From: Hormiphora californensis
Lineage: Eukaryota; Animalia; Ctenophora
Direction of reading: 5' to 3'
Assembly: GCA_020137815.1 (NCBI GenBank)
Contig: CM035357.1
Coordinates: forward strand, 6,758,001 to 6,822,000
DNA: 64,000 nt
How positions within the stretch are numbered: position 1 is the stretch's first letter; the number at the start of each line of letters is the position of its first letter. The translations under genes were made by a program, and so were the position numbers. This document shows, one piece after another, positions 1 through 13,193 of this stretch. The notes under the pieces were generated by a model. The model searched no databases. It saw nothing but the letters and a program-made list of their open reading frames with translations, and was not told the origin of the DNA.

Positions 1-190
1 GATCAGCATGTTATGAGTACGTGCCATGTACTCGTAGTGGGTACGTGGGTGTGTGATCAGCATGTTATGTGTACGTGCCATGTACTCGTAGTGGGTACGT
101 GGGTGTGTGATCAGTGTTATATGTACGTGCCATGTACTCGTAGTGGGTACGTGCATGTGTGATCGGTGTTTGTTTGTTTGTTTGTTTGTG
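1..190. repeat. 54-bp tandem repeat (about 3 copies) followed by (GTTT)n
   Basis: Unit GATCAGCATGTTATGAGTACGTGCCATGTACTCGTAGTGGGTACGTGGGTGTGT restarts at 1, 55 and 109. Confidence 0.9.
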
Positions 191-411
191 ATTGCTGCGT
201 CCGGAGGATGACCTGCCCGAAAGTAGTAGATAAAGTATAAGTAGTATAGATTATACGTAGTATAGATTTTAGATCAGTTTTATGATACAATATATCTTGG
301 TTAGGTGTAAACCTCCCTCCTTCTTTATTTACATGAAACCTCTCGCCTCCTACATACTAATTTTAATCTACTCTACATCTCTACATCTCGGTGTCATAAA
401 CAATATATTAC

Positions 412-1134
412 CCTGTCTTATAATGATGTAGACTTCTTGAAGGTTCATGACGAAAATCCCATCGGTTGGCTCCTTTTCGTCGTCATAAAGGTAAACAGCA
501 AGGGCCGGCTCTATTCTATCCGGACAAGACAGTGTGTAGGTTTGGGCTTCTTGAGAATACCGATCAGGGTTGAGAGAGTTGATCGTCCCACATATTGTGG
601 TGGTTGTCGCTCCGATAAGAGACACTTGTGTACCCAATAGTCGATTTGTGGCGTACCAATAACCGTAGTACCTATAATGATATTATATTAATACATATAC
701 AGTCGGACCCCGATTTACCGCGGGATGATTAACTTCCCCCGAACTATTTTTGTTTTTGAACTCGTACATATCACACATCAATAGGGGTGAGGAGTCAGTA
801 GGGCGTGAGAGGAGTCAGTAGGGCGTGAGAGGAGTCAATAGGGCGTGAGAGGAGTCAATAGGGGGTGAGAGGAGTCAATAGGGCGTGAGAGGAGTCAATA
901 GAGGGTGAAATGCGTCAATGGGGGGGGGAGTCAGTAAGGGGTGATAGGAGTTAACAGTAGGGAGAGGAGTCAATAGGGGTGAGGGGTAGGGAGTCAATAG
1001 GGCGTGAGAGGAGTCAATAGGGGTGAGGGGTAGGGAGTCAATAGGGGGTGGGATGATTGGCAATCAGTAGGGGGTGAGGGAAGTCAATCTAGGTATAAGG
1101 AGAGTCAACAGGAGGAAGATGGGTCCATTCAATA

Positions 1135-1186
<52 letters not shown>

Positions 1187-1555
1187 GGGGGGCCGGGGGG
1201 ATGAGAACTGACAAGAGGAGGTCAATGAGATTGTAGCTACAAACCCCTCCTAGGGTTGAGAGGAGTTTTTTGGCATGGGCTCTCTCTTGTAATACATGGT
1301 GTGGTTCACATACCTATTCATAACAACTACTTTGTCCACTCTCGACTGATGCCTGGCAAGTGTCAAATTCAGCCATTGCGGTTGATGTTGAAGGCTTGAA
1401 TGGTACGTTGAACTAGGATTGCCATCAATAGCTCTTGATGGTACGGCACCGCCATACACGCTTCTTGAAGTTGCCCCACTGAATGCACTTGATCCTCCAG
1501 ATTTCCAGATCTCCCCATTGGAAAGGGGCAGAATAAGGAAAAGAAGAACAAACAT
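412..1555 (-). CDS. Secreted F-type lectin/discoidin (F5/8C-like) domain protein, antisense in a presumed dynein intron; 3' end uncertain
   Basis: Exon 1 1555-1314: signal peptide MFVLLFLILPLSNG, then PSRAIDGNPSSTYHS..QPQWLNLTL..VDKVVVMNR. Exon 2 671-412: YYGYWYATNRLLGTQVSL..ICGTI..TYTLSC..VMNLQEVYI. GT-AG junction is in phase. Confidence 0.75.
781..1090. repeat. 20-bp minisatellite inside the lectin intron
   Basis: Repeated GGGCGTGAGAGGAGTCAATA; a poly-G run follows at 1136-1200. Confidence 0.9.
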
Positions 1556-1946
1556 CTGCTAAATAGAGGTTAAATTATGTAATGGTTTCTGGTTGTTAAC
1601 CGGACCATGCTGCTCCTCAGTGAAAGCAAAATGTTTATCACAACACTATCTTAAGCTATAGAAACAAATCTTTCCCAAAGACAGACATCTCTCACAAGTG
1701 TTCTAGAGATGATCTGTCTGTTGTAATGGCGATTGTTTCTTGTTTAGAGAGAAGCTGTGTGCTGCAGTAATGGCGATTGTTTCTTGCCTTCAACTACCAG
1801 TATAGAAAACTATATAAAAGTGAAGCTACGAGCTAGAGCTATCTAGCCCATCATGGTGAAGCTGTGTGTAACGGTGATTGTTCAGAAAGTGCTAATAATA
1901 GCAGGCTTAGAATCCCATTAGCTCTAGAGCCCTTTCTCTACGGAGG

Positions 1947-2080
<134 letters not shown>

Positions 2081-2433
2081 TGTATCTCCCTCAATGTCTA
2101 ACACGTAGAGGATGCTTCCGCCCTCAATCGGCTGATAATAACGGTTGCAATACAGACTGGTTCGATGAAGTACTGTAAAACGACTGGGAATGGAACAGTT
2201 TTAACAAATTTACATAACCCTACCACAGACTCTACTGATTTGAGAACTCACTAAAATTGTGGTGATCAGTGTGATGTGAGTGTGAGTGTGATATGAATAG
2301 TAACGTGTGATGTGAATTTGTCTTATGTAGGTAGGATTTGTTTTGCCTGGTTTGTGTTACTATACACCTCATTCAAATGGGCTATCCAGGTGTGTTTGTT
2401 GTTAGTAACCCCCCCCCCCCCTCTACTATCCAG

Positions 2434-5400
2434 GTACAAGCCGGTTGCTAAACACTCTGCAATCCTCTTCTTCTGTCTCTCCGATCTGGCTAATATTGAA
2501 CCCATGTACCAGTACTCCCTTGTTTGGTTCATGCACCTCTTTGTTACCTCCATTGAACAGAGCGCAAAGACTGATGTTCTGGAGGATCGGTTGGCCAATC
2601 TGAATGAACATTTCCTGAAAAATATCTTCCGGAATGTTTGCAGGTATGTTTTATTTGCTGTCTCCTCCCCGGGGATTAAATTGAGTGGGTGAACTTCCCC
2701 TGACAAAATGGTGTTATCAATGTTTGATGACCCACTGTGCTATTTGTCCATTAATTTAACCCCAAGTGACCCGGTAAAAGTATATTTGTCACTAATTACA
2801 CTAATTAATTAATTACACTAATTACATGATTTCAGATCTTTGTTTGAAAAGGATAAATTGCTCTTCTCCGTTCTCCTTACGATCACCATCGCCATACACA
2901 AGGGAGAGATAGACAATGCTGTCTGGAGGTATGCAAATTATTATATTTATGGGCCATTATTTGGGTCTTTCCAATTAATCCCCATCTGTCGATACCTGAA
3001 TCGATATCGAATCCAGTTTACAATAACCCATTAATTCCAGGTTCCTTCTGACGGGTGGAGTTGGTATAGCTGACACAACGACTCCCAACCCCTACCCCGA
3101 GTGGCTAACTGACAAGTCCTGGCAGGAACTTCTCTTTGCAAGCCAGCTTCCCTCCCTTGCGGGTCTCACCTCACCACTAGACCCTGGTTTTGAAGCTCCC
3201 TATAACAGTCCCGAGCCGTTCCTGTGTGATCTACCGGGGAAATGGAATTATCTTGGCGGATTGGATAGGCTGGTAGTTTTAAGGTGTCTGAGACCTGATA
3301 AGGTATGTGTCTGTCATGTGTTTTTCTCGTGTTTTTAGTTCTATGCAGCTGTCAAATTAAAAGGACATTTCCTCTAAATTATAGAAGCAGTTCAACAAAT
3401 CTCATATTCCCTCTCTAGATGGTTCCAGCAATGCAGAACTACGTAACAGAGAAGCTAGGCCAATACTTCGTTGAGCCCCCCACATTCGACCTCGCATCCT
3501 GCTATGAGGACTCCTCCTGCATTACTCCCCTTATCTTTGTCCTGTCCCCTGGTGCAGATCCCATGGCAAATCTCCTGAAACTAGCCAGTGAACATGAAAT
3601 GGTGGGGGACACGGCACCCCAGGCCATCTCCCTGGGCCAAGGACAGGGCCCCATTGCCGAGAAGATGATACAAAATGCTATCATAGCGGGCACCTGGGTG
3701 ATCCTACAGAATTGCCATCTTGCTACATCGTGGATGCCAACTCTAGAGAAGATTTGTGAGGAAACCCTGATCCCAGATAAACCACACCCAACGTTCAGAA
3801 TGTGGCTCACTAGTTACCCCTCGGATACTTTCCCAGTTGCGATCCTTCAGAATGGTATTAAAATGACGAACGAACCACCGAAGGGGCTGCGAGCTAATCT
3901 CCTAAGAAGTTACCTGAATGATCCGATCACTAATGTTGATTTCTATACCGGGTGTTCCAAACCGTCCCCCTGGCAGAAACTCCTCTTCTCCCTGTGTTTC
4001 TTCCATGCTAACGTGCAGGAAAGAAGGAAGTTTGGGCCTCTCGGATGGAATATTCCTTATGAGTTCAATGACTCTGATCTGCACATCAGCATGCAACAGG
4101 TAATTATATAATAGGGGGGGGGGGCAATTATAGATTGGTTATTGTGTCACTGTGTCAATTAGATAGCTAGGATTTGGTAATGAATTTTCACTTCAACGCG
4201 ATCGTAATAGGGGTGACTTCGTAACGTAAAACTAGGATACAGTGAAACATATTGTTATGGGGGACTATACAGATAACTAGCACACTGCTATAATTATGTC
4301 CCCTTTTAGTTACGAATGTTCCTGGATGACTACGATGAAATGCCGTTTGATGCTCTCCAATACCTAATCGGGGAATGTAACTACGGAGGGAGAGTAACGG
4401 ATGATCACGATAGACGGCTTCTGATTGCCATTCTTCTCAACTACCTAAACGGGAACACCATTGCTCAGGAGAACTACCCCCTGGCTCCGGGATCTGAGTA
4501 TTTTGTTCCCGCTGATGCTCATCAACTTGATGACTATATTGGTTACATCAGGTGCGTAATGATCGTCAATGTCAAGAATTCTGGAAGATCTCTGATGATC
4601 CCTATACCTCCTTTCCCCAAGGTCCCTACCCATTATTCCTAAACCCCGTTCCCCCAGGTCCCTACCCATGATTCCTAAACCCCTTTCCCCCAGGTCCCTA
4701 CCCATGATTCCTAAACCGGCAGTATTTGGCCTCCACGAGAATGCTGATATTACTAAGGACCAACAGGAGACCCTGAACCTCTTCTCCAATATTCTTCTTA
4801 CCCTACCAAAACAAAGTGCTGCAGGTAAGAGTCACTAAATCATGGCCACAAATTAGGGGATTAGCAGGTTAGAGTTTAGACTCACTAAATCAGCAGGTTA
4901 GAAATTATGGGGGGGGGGGCAAGGCCAAAAAAAGCCAAACCCGCCCTGAAATCCGGGTCTGATCTGGCTTTTTTTGGCTTTTTTTGATCTGGCTTTTTTT
5001 GGCTTTTTTTGATCTGGCTTTTTTTGGCTTTTTTTGATCTGGCCTTTTTTGATCTGGCTTTTTTTGGCTTTTATTGGCCTTTTTTGGCTTTTTTTGGCTT
5101 TTTTTGATCTGGCTTTTTTTAATTTAGCAGTTTTGATCTGGCTTTTATTGGCTTTTTTTGATCTGGCTTTTTTTGATCTGGCTTTTTTTGGCTTTTTTTG
5201 ATCTGGCTTTTTTTGGCTTTTTTTGATCTGGCTTTTTTTGGCTTTTTTTGATCTGGCTTTTTTATATCAAACTTTTTTCGGTATGAAAATTTTTTCCCTA
5301 TCGATATAAAATGGTAAAACTAGATCAAAGAAGCCATTTTAAAGTGTTTTTAATGTCAAACAGACCATATAATGTCAGAATTACATGCCAAAATGACCAA

Positions 5401-8400
5401 AAAAGTAGGGCCAAAAAAAGCCAAAAAAAGCCAGACCCGCCCTAAAATCCGGGATTGATCTGGCTTTTTTTGGCCTTGGCCCCCCCCCATTATCTAAATC
5501 AATTGCTTTATTAGAGACTAAATCAGCAGTAGACAATAAGTCGATATAACCCCATTGCACTGGAAAGTGGAACTGAGGGCTAACAAACTCTTACCATTAC
5601 ACACATCTTACAGGTGGGATGAGTGCTGAAGACACCGTTAATGATCTAGCAGGTCGGATCCTGGGTGGGATGCCACCCCAATTTGATCTGGCCGCGGTTT
5701 ACGAGGCATTCCCTATCCTATACGAGGACAGTATGAACACATGCCTCAGACAGGAGTGTATCAGGTAAAAAGAGGTGTTATAACTCTGAAAACTAGGTTC
5801 CACCAGATAACAGATACCATGGGTCACAGCTAATTGGAAACTTACCCAGTTTTAACAACTCAGGGGCTCTTCGACGAAACTTTAAGCACACTTAAAAACG
5901 TTGCGTAACTCTCCTTTCACACCTTCTAATTGATTTTCACACCCCTTAAGCATGGTTTGTGTCGACGAAACTTTTTAGGAATCTTGCTTAGTGAAAATTG
6001 AGGGGTAGTAAGTGAAGTTTTACACAAGCTCTCCAAACCTTGCGTAACTCCCTAATCACGTGGTAAAATCACGTGATTTGGGTCAAATTGAAGCGACAAT
6101 GACGTCATAGTTCACGCAATATCTCACTCAAATATCGAGTAAAGTGAGGTTTGTTAAGTCTCCTCGAGAGGAGACTTAATGGTAGACAAGACAGCGCTGG
6201 CAAGTAAAAGATGCTACAAAACAGTGTATATTTTGCTTCTCGCATGTAGATAAAAGACAAAATGGCACTCCTTGTCCCCCAGTTAGCTATCTCTACTCAA
6301 CCACAATATTGAGGCACTAGTTTGGGGTTTCAGCCAAGCCCATGCTGCATACACATTACACCATCTGTATTAGACTCTCACAGTCACAGATAAGATGTGG
6401 ATGAACTCAGTTGTTTTCCTTCTGGCAGGACAAGATGAACAGTGAACTACTACTATACTTATACTGTTTATCTCTTCATTTAGCAGCCTATCTATTCATC
6501 TCACCCGGCCTAAATAATATTGCAAGTTATGAGTGTATAGGTTTATTGATTTTTCATAATGATTAATGAACAATCAATGTTAGATCTCTATTTGTCCGCT
6601 ATAACATGCATTGCCAGCTACTGTAAGATTACACAGAGCTTTGAAGATTTGAAATTTCTTGAATCTTGAGAAATGGAAGTCAAACTTCTTCTTCACCCCC
6701 AATCTGGTGTGATATCTCGCTAACACTATTGGCTGGTGAACCCTACACGTGACCAAATTGACGCCTGTGTAAACCCATGTAATGGAAATCCTATCACGTG
6801 TCCAGTTTCGATCCCCTGATTGGTTTTCTACACCCATACACGAGGGGTGATCCGGGGCTTCACGTGGTATACACGTGGTTCACACCAAGGACCTAAAGTG
6901 AGGTTTTGGAAAGCGTTCGACGACACCCCTCTCGAGACAAGTCTGAAAAATTTTCCTTGTGTAACTCTAAAGAGAGCTTATTTATTAAGTGTGCTTAAGG
7001 GTACACCTGGCGTTTTTCATCATCGAGTGCCCAACCAAATGACTTCACCAGGGTTTAGGCCATACAAAATGGACCTCAAATATGCAATTTTAGCCCTAAA
7101 GTTGAATTCATATTTTTGCTACAGCCTATTTTCAAAGTGGCGTTTTTTCAATTTTTGGTGGAATTTTTAACCTCAGGACCACTTTTTTTGAGATAGAAAC
7201 ATTAAATTCTTGGAATTTGAAGAGAATATAAAGGTAAATAAGCCCAAAGAAGGATTTTTGAAATGGAGCTAATTTATGGCCATGAGAACGGTTTACTTTT
7301 TTGCTTCTTTGACACGCTGGCTGAGAATGTTCCCATGCTTCATTAGAGATGAAAATCTGGAAATAGTTGCTCAAAACGATTATCTATGTGGCCCAAAAAT
7401 TTTGGAACTTTCCCGTCAAAGATGTGGTGTACAGAGCTTGTTTTGTGAAACCCATCTTTTTGAAAAAGAGGGAGATTCCCTGTATCTCAAAAACGGATGA
7501 TCGTAGAGACCTGCGACCAAGCTTAATCGATTCAGAAGGTCCGATTTTGGGGGGGTCTTCTGAGAGACATTTTGCTCCTACTCCAACCGTTTTTGCTGTA
7601 CTTGCAAAAAACCAATTCTATGAAAAGGGGGAACAACTAAATTCCAGTAGCCTGCTTCGGGCTGATTTCCCCCTTACTTGCTGATAGCTTTTTCGCAATT
7701 ACAGCAAAAACGGTTGGAGTAGGAGCAAAATGTCTCTCAGAAGACCCCCCCAAAATCGGACCTTCTGAATCGATTAAGCTTGGTCGCAGGTCTCTACGAT
7801 CATCCGTTTTTGAGATACAGGGAATTTCCCTCTTTTTCAAAAAGATGGGTTTCACAAAACAAGCTCTGTACACCACATCTTTGACGGGAAAGTTCCAAAA
7901 TTTTTGGGCCACATAGATAATCGTTTTGAGCAACTATTTCCCGATTTTCATCTCTAATGAAGCATGGGAACATTCTCAGCCAGCGTGTCAAAGAAGCAAA
8001 AAAGTAAACCGTTCTCATGGCCATAAATTAGCTCCATTTCAAAAATCCTTCTTTGGGCTTATTTACCTTTATATTCTCTTCAAATTCCAAGAATTTAATG
8101 TTTCTATCTCAAAAAAAGTGGTCCTGAGGTTAAAAATTCCACCAAAAATTGAAAAAACGCCACTTTGAAAATAGGCTGTAGCAAAAATATGAATTCGACT
8201 TTAGGGCTAAAATTGCATATTTGAGGTCCATTTTGTATGGCCTAAACCCTGGTGAAGTCATTTGGTTGGGCACTCGATGATGAAAAACGCCAGGTGTACC
8301 CTTAAAGTTTCGTCGAAGAGCCCCAGCAATATGATTCATATTAGTCTAACATCTCTCTCCCATTCTAGGTACAACCGGCTAACAGCAGTTATCAAAGCGA

Positions 8401-9579
8401 GCCTGGAGAACCTCATGAAAGCCGTGAAGGGTCTAGTAGTAATGAACGGAGAGCTAGAGGAAGTATTCTCATGTATGCTGATTGGCAAGGTGCCAAATTC
8501 CTGGCTCAGCCAGTCATACCCCTCTCTGAAGCCACTGGGCAGCTACACTGCTGATCTAGTGGAGAGACTGGATGGGTTTTACGAGTGGATAAACAGCGGG
8601 AAAGCACCGGAGATATTCTGGATAAGTGGTTTCTACTTCACTCAATCATTCCTGACAGCCACGTCTCAGAACTTTGCTAGACGGTGGAAGATCCCCATTG
8701 ATCTACTTGGTTTTCAGTTTGAGGTGTGTACTCCACCATTCCATTAGTCTTCGTACAGTACACAGTTTCCTAGGGGGTTACAAACTGTCGGCCACTCCAG
8801 GTTATTGAGTAAGGAGTGGCACATTATTTCCCTACTAAATTGTATCACTTCTTCAGGTTATGGCTGATGAGAATTGTCCAGTTCCTGAGGACGGTGTCCT
8901 GGTCAGGGGACTCTTCTTAGAGGGGTGCAGATGGTGTTCTACTGAACACCGCCTTACTGAGTCACACTCCAAGGTATGTGTACCTCCCGTCTTCAATTTT
9001 TCATACTTTATTTTTATTCTATAAAGAGCACGAACACAGGCGACTCAACCCCTGTCATTCCTACCGCCTAGCTGCTCTGACAAGGGTCGGCAGCTCTATT
9101 TGATCACGTCACTCTTTGTCGTTATTCAACAACTAACAACCCACCCCAAGGTGCTTTACAGCAAGTTGCCGGTATTGTGGTTAAAACCTGAGGAGAGGAG
9201 CAAGTTTGTTGAGGCTAAGACCTATACTTGTCCAGTATACAAGACCAGTGCAAGACGAGGAACACTTTCTACCACAGGTTAATGAGCTGTCTGTCAGGCC
9301 AATGCTCTGAATGAGCTGATATAGTTGAGTTGTAGAGGTGCTGCAGTAATTGTAGCGTTGTAGTGTTTTAGTTGTATCACTTTTTAATTTAGTGATAGGA
9401 TCGATATTTTCATTATCATTACCACTAGTTTCTTGTCTCTCTCTAGTTATCTGACCCCCCCCCCCTCGCTACCAGGTCACAGTACGAACTATGTGTTGAG
9501 TGTGGAACTGCCAACACATGAACCTCAGGAGCATTGGATTAACAGGGGTGTCGCACTACTCTGTCAGCTAGATGATTAA
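2434..9579 (+). CDS. DNAH3: Axonemal inner-arm dynein heavy chain, 3' part (AAA6 and C-terminal region), DNAH3-like; 5' exons lie upstream of the window
   Basis: Exons about 2434-2643, 2836-2928, 3041-3302, 3419-4099, 4310-4551, 4694-4824, 5614-5764, 8369-8723, 8857-8973, 9151-9277, 9476-9579. Motifs [63 protein letters not shown]; C-terminus [44 protein letters not shown]. Family is certain; paralogue (DNAH3 vs DNAH7/12) less so. Confidence 0.9.
4909..5488. mobile_element. Non-autonomous TIR element with poly-G/poly-C ends and an internal GATCTGGCTTTTTTTGGCTTTTTTT array
   Basis: G11-CAAGGCCAAAAAAAGCCA ... TGGCTTTTTTTGGCCTTGG-C9, flanked by ATTAT/ATTAT. Confidence 0.8.
5864..8323. mobile_element. 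PIF/Harbinger-like non-autonomous element, interrupted in its right TIR by a palindromic MITE
   Basis: TIR GGGCTCTTCGACGAAACTTTAAGCACACTTAA; removing 6999-8301 and one TTAA restores the right TIR. 3-bp CAG/CAG TSD; CWG TSDs are known from Harbinger elements. Confidence 0.75.
6999..8301. mobile_element. 1.3-kb palindromic MITE, Kolobok/T2-type (TTAA TSD, GG termini), copy 1
   Basis: About 600-bp near-perfect inverted arms beginning GGGTACACCTGGCG, about 100-bp spacer, TTAA on both sides. Confidence 0.9.
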
Positions 9580-9690
9580 CAGAGGTGTTGCACTACTTTG
9601 TCAGTTAGATGATTAACAGGGGTGTTGCACTACTCTGTCAGTTAGATGACTAACAGGGGTGTTGCACTACTCTGTCAGCTGGATGACTAG
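9541..9690 (+). repeat. 37-bp tandem repeat (4 copies) of the dynein terminal codons and stop
   Basis: AACAGGGGTGTTGCACTACTCTGTCAGTTAGATGATT repeated; each copy can be read as [12 protein letters not shown]. Confidence 0.95.
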
Positions 9691-10386
9691 ATGAATTTGA
9701 TTAGCAATAGCAGGGCTACCCCCCGGTTACCTGTAAACGATTACTAATGCAATGGGATTAGTTATTTGACTAGAATGATGACACTAGGTGATTGGAGTAC
9801 CAAAACGGACAGTATTTATTGTGTTTATAGGTGATATGATAGACAATTTGTATAAACATTTCTACTGAATATTTAATAATGAAGTTAATGAGATAAAGAT
9901 ATTTGTAACTTACTCTTAGTAAGTGCATCAGTTTGTATTTGTAAATTTCTAAGCTTGTAGTTATCATTTAACTTTTTCCTCAAGTAAATAATTTATGTCT
10001 TTGGTATGAAAAGTTGCCATGCTACGCAGTCTGTTCGGCTCGCGTAAGCTCACACCGGACCCTCTGCCCGGTGTGAGAGCCGACAGACTGGGAACATGTC
10101 AAATGAAAAGGCGACAAATTTGGATCTATACGTTCTTGACTTTATGTTGGAATGTAGCGCGCGGAGGAAACACTTTAAATGTGCCATTTATGATGCGCGC
10201 TAAGCGCGTATTAGAAAATTGATATTGAAATATCCCTGAAAATCCAAACAAACCAAAAACTCGTTTTTGTTCATTTTTTTCTCATTTTCCGTTTTTGATT
10301 TTCAAACTATCAATTTCAAGCTATATTTCCAAATTTTGAAATGTATTTCACCTATTTTATCTCTACAAACCGTTACCCCAATAGGA

Positions 10387-11127
10387 ATGCTTCTATTGGA
10401 GCCGTTTTGGGTGTTTGCGTCGGTGTCATTCTGCGTCGCCTGCTGCCGAAACAAGATCCTGCTGTGCTCGGACATTTGGTCAAATCGTTACTTCACTACC
10501 CTAATCCTCCTAACCACTATCTTCTTTACTCCTTTCGAAAACTGGATCCTTATAAAACACATCGAGTGGGAGACGACCTTTCTCGTGGAGGACGGTCCCG
10601 GGAAATCAGTGATCGGTTTCGCGGCCGTCCTTCATATTGCGACCCTTCTCATTGGATACCGGTTTAGCATCTTTATGTTGCAGTGGTTTGGACCTCACGC
10701 CCTGGTACGAGCATCCATCTTCTCCTACACAATCTTCTTCTCTTCCCAGGGGGTGTTTTGTGACACCCTCCTGTATTCGGGAACATATGCCGAGTATCAT
10801 GCGGGAGTCCACAAAGATATGACGTCATTCTTTTTCACCCAGAGATTCGTCGATGCATATGTGCTCTTTTTTCTGACCTTCGGGCCACCGTTTTTCTACA
10901 CTGCCTATGTCTGGCACAAAGAATGCAGTGAGGCAGATAGGAAGTGGTTTGGTGATCTGGTCGTTAGGGAATCCATAGTACAGGGGTGTGCGTTGTGTGG
11001 AATATATTTTCTCTTGGCGTTGTTTGGGGTTTTACCCGCGAATCACACATGTGCGCGTACCTTCATTGTGGCGTTCATGAACTTTTCACCGTTAGCTATT
11101 CTAGTGTATCCGTTTAAAAAGTTTTGA
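10387..11127 (+). CDS. Intronless multi-pass membrane protein (246 aa), unknown function
   Basis: Uninterrupted ORF with about 7 hydrophobic segments; ATG directly after an acceptor-like CCAATAG|GA; AATAAA repeats near 11190-11220. Confidence 0.7.
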   Translation: MLLLEPFWVFASVSFCVACCRNKILLCSDIWSNRYFTTLILLTTIFFTPFENWILIKHIEWETTFLVEDGPGKSVIGFAAVLHIATLLIGYRFSIFMLQWFGPHALVRASIFSYTIFFSSQGVFCDTLLYSGTYAEYHAGVHKDMTSFFFTQRFVDAYVLFFLTFGPPFFYTAYVWHKECSEADRKWFGDLVVRESIVQGCALCGIYFLLALFGVLPANHTCARTFIVAFMNFSPLAILVYPFKKF

Positions 11128-11480
11128 AAACTCTGAGCTCCGCTGTTTAAACTTTCAGTGTTGCTGTAGTTTATTTCGTGTTACATGTAAAATAAAAATA
11201 AAATAAAAATAAAATAAAAATTACATTTATGTTCACTTTACTTCCGTATCTATACAATTAATTAAATTTTAATCGTTTGCTGCTAGCTGAAATCTTCGTT
11301 GTTATTATTTATTTGCGGTTATTTTACTTTTTGTTATGCATTTTATTTTTGTTCATGAATTATTTGTTTTTAAAATCGAACATCCGTTTTGTTATTCCCT
11401 ACCGAAGGCCCGCTACGCTATATTCTCCCTATTCCCATGATATAACACAACTAATAACTCTCTCACCAATAGGTCGCACA

Positions 11481-12713
11481 ATGCTGGCCACAATGCTTAT
11501 CTCCTGGTTCCTCCGGCTATCCCAGTTCTTCCTGAATCTCATCTTCCGACCTCCCAGTAAAACCAACCAAGTGGTGTGCTATGACGTGCTATACCATAGC
11601 AAAGCCATGCAATTCGGGAATAACAACCCAGCCCACTTTCTCCGCAAGTACACCACAACTCGTGATGTGTCCTGGTTGAATCAGGAGGATGTCCACTTGT
11701 TTTGTGTCACAGAAAAGAGCTTCGTCTTCGCCCGGACCACCCCTGGAGTTGATATCCATAATATTTCGGAGCATCCCTTCCTGTACAATGCGAAAATCCA
11801 GCCATACTGTGGAGCTGGGTGTGATCTCAACCTGACCTTGCTCTAGATCTTGTGCGAGATAGGAACGGATGATGGATCTAATATTGGATACCTTCACAAT
11901 TTGGGACGGTGCGGGTCAACCCTAGTGTGTAATATGGTCTTCAAAACTGGCCAATGTCAGGTGCTTATCAGAGCCGGGTGCTTTGTTTGATATCACTGCG
12001 GAAACAGTCCAGAAGCCGGAACTAATGGACTGATCCTCTTACCGTAGAACGGGTCAGGGCTGTTCTACTTTTCCTGGCTAAAAACCCGGAACGAAAATAT
12101 TTCATTCAAGATTCATTCCTTCCTGATGTATATTCTCCCGCTCATTCACAAGGCCCTGCCAGGGGTTAGGGAAGCCTTCATGTACAGATCTTTGAAGCCC
12201 ATGTTTATATCCGCTAAACGGGCATTCAATCTTGGCAACATGCCATTTTATATCTTCAAGAGGTTTGCTGTTAGTGCTGGGTTCAACACAAGCGAAGGTT
12301 TTACAGAGTTGGAGCGAGAAGGTGCCGATAGTATTGATAAAGTGTCGCTGTATGGATATGTCAGGGATACCCGCACATACATGGATGAGGCTCTTACTCG
12401 GTCCGATCTAGTAGCGTATAGTTACGAGTCTCTCATTGCCAATCCAGAGGGGTTTGTAGCCCATTTCTTGGATCAAATTGGGGTGGGCTCGGAGTGGGCG
12501 GATCTTGCTGTAACAGCTATGAACGAGGATAGTCAGAAGAATTCCTGGCTGAGTAAGAAAGATGTGGAGGAACGAGTAAAGAAGGTGGAGGTTATCTTGG
12601 AGAAGGAAGCAGAGGAGTTTGTAAAGAGGTTGGCAGGGGAGAAGTTTATGATTGAGTTGGAAGGAGATAAATTAGAGATGACAAACATTGCTAACCAGTG
12701 GAATAAAAACTAA
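11481..12713 (+). CDS. Sulfotransferase-like P-loop protein, apparently intronless, with several frameshifts at about 11790-12125 (sequencing errors or pseudogenisation)
   Basis: N-terminal ORF to HPFLYNA; frame-shifted YLHNLGRCGSTLVCNM and LSEPGAL; C-terminal ORF 12126-12713 with AYSYESLIANPE and MNEDSQKNSWLS. Confidence 0.65.
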
Positions 12714-12986
12714 TATGTACCATAATTGGACTCAAGTCATTCAATAATCAACAAGTTGGTATTGCTTAGTTAGTTGTTAGTTTTCAAATATGTTTTGCAC
12801 AATAGCGATATTTTAGATTTTAGTAAAATCCCAGATTGACGTTTTTAAATTTTCTCTTTCTTTTTTTGCATGTTTTTAATGTTCTTTTTACGTGATTGGG
12901 TGGGGCTCCATATCATAATTTTACAAGTGCATGATTGCGTGTAATTTAGTAGTGTCTGACTTATACATATGTTAAAAACTCTGTAT

Positions 12987-13075
<89 letters not shown>

Positions 13076-13193
13076 CCCCCACTCTCTCTCTCCCCACTCT
13101 CTCTCTCTCTCCCCACTCTCTCTCCCCACTCTCTCTCTCTCTCTCCCCACTCTCTCACTAATCCCCCACATGTTATTATATCTAGCACATAAA

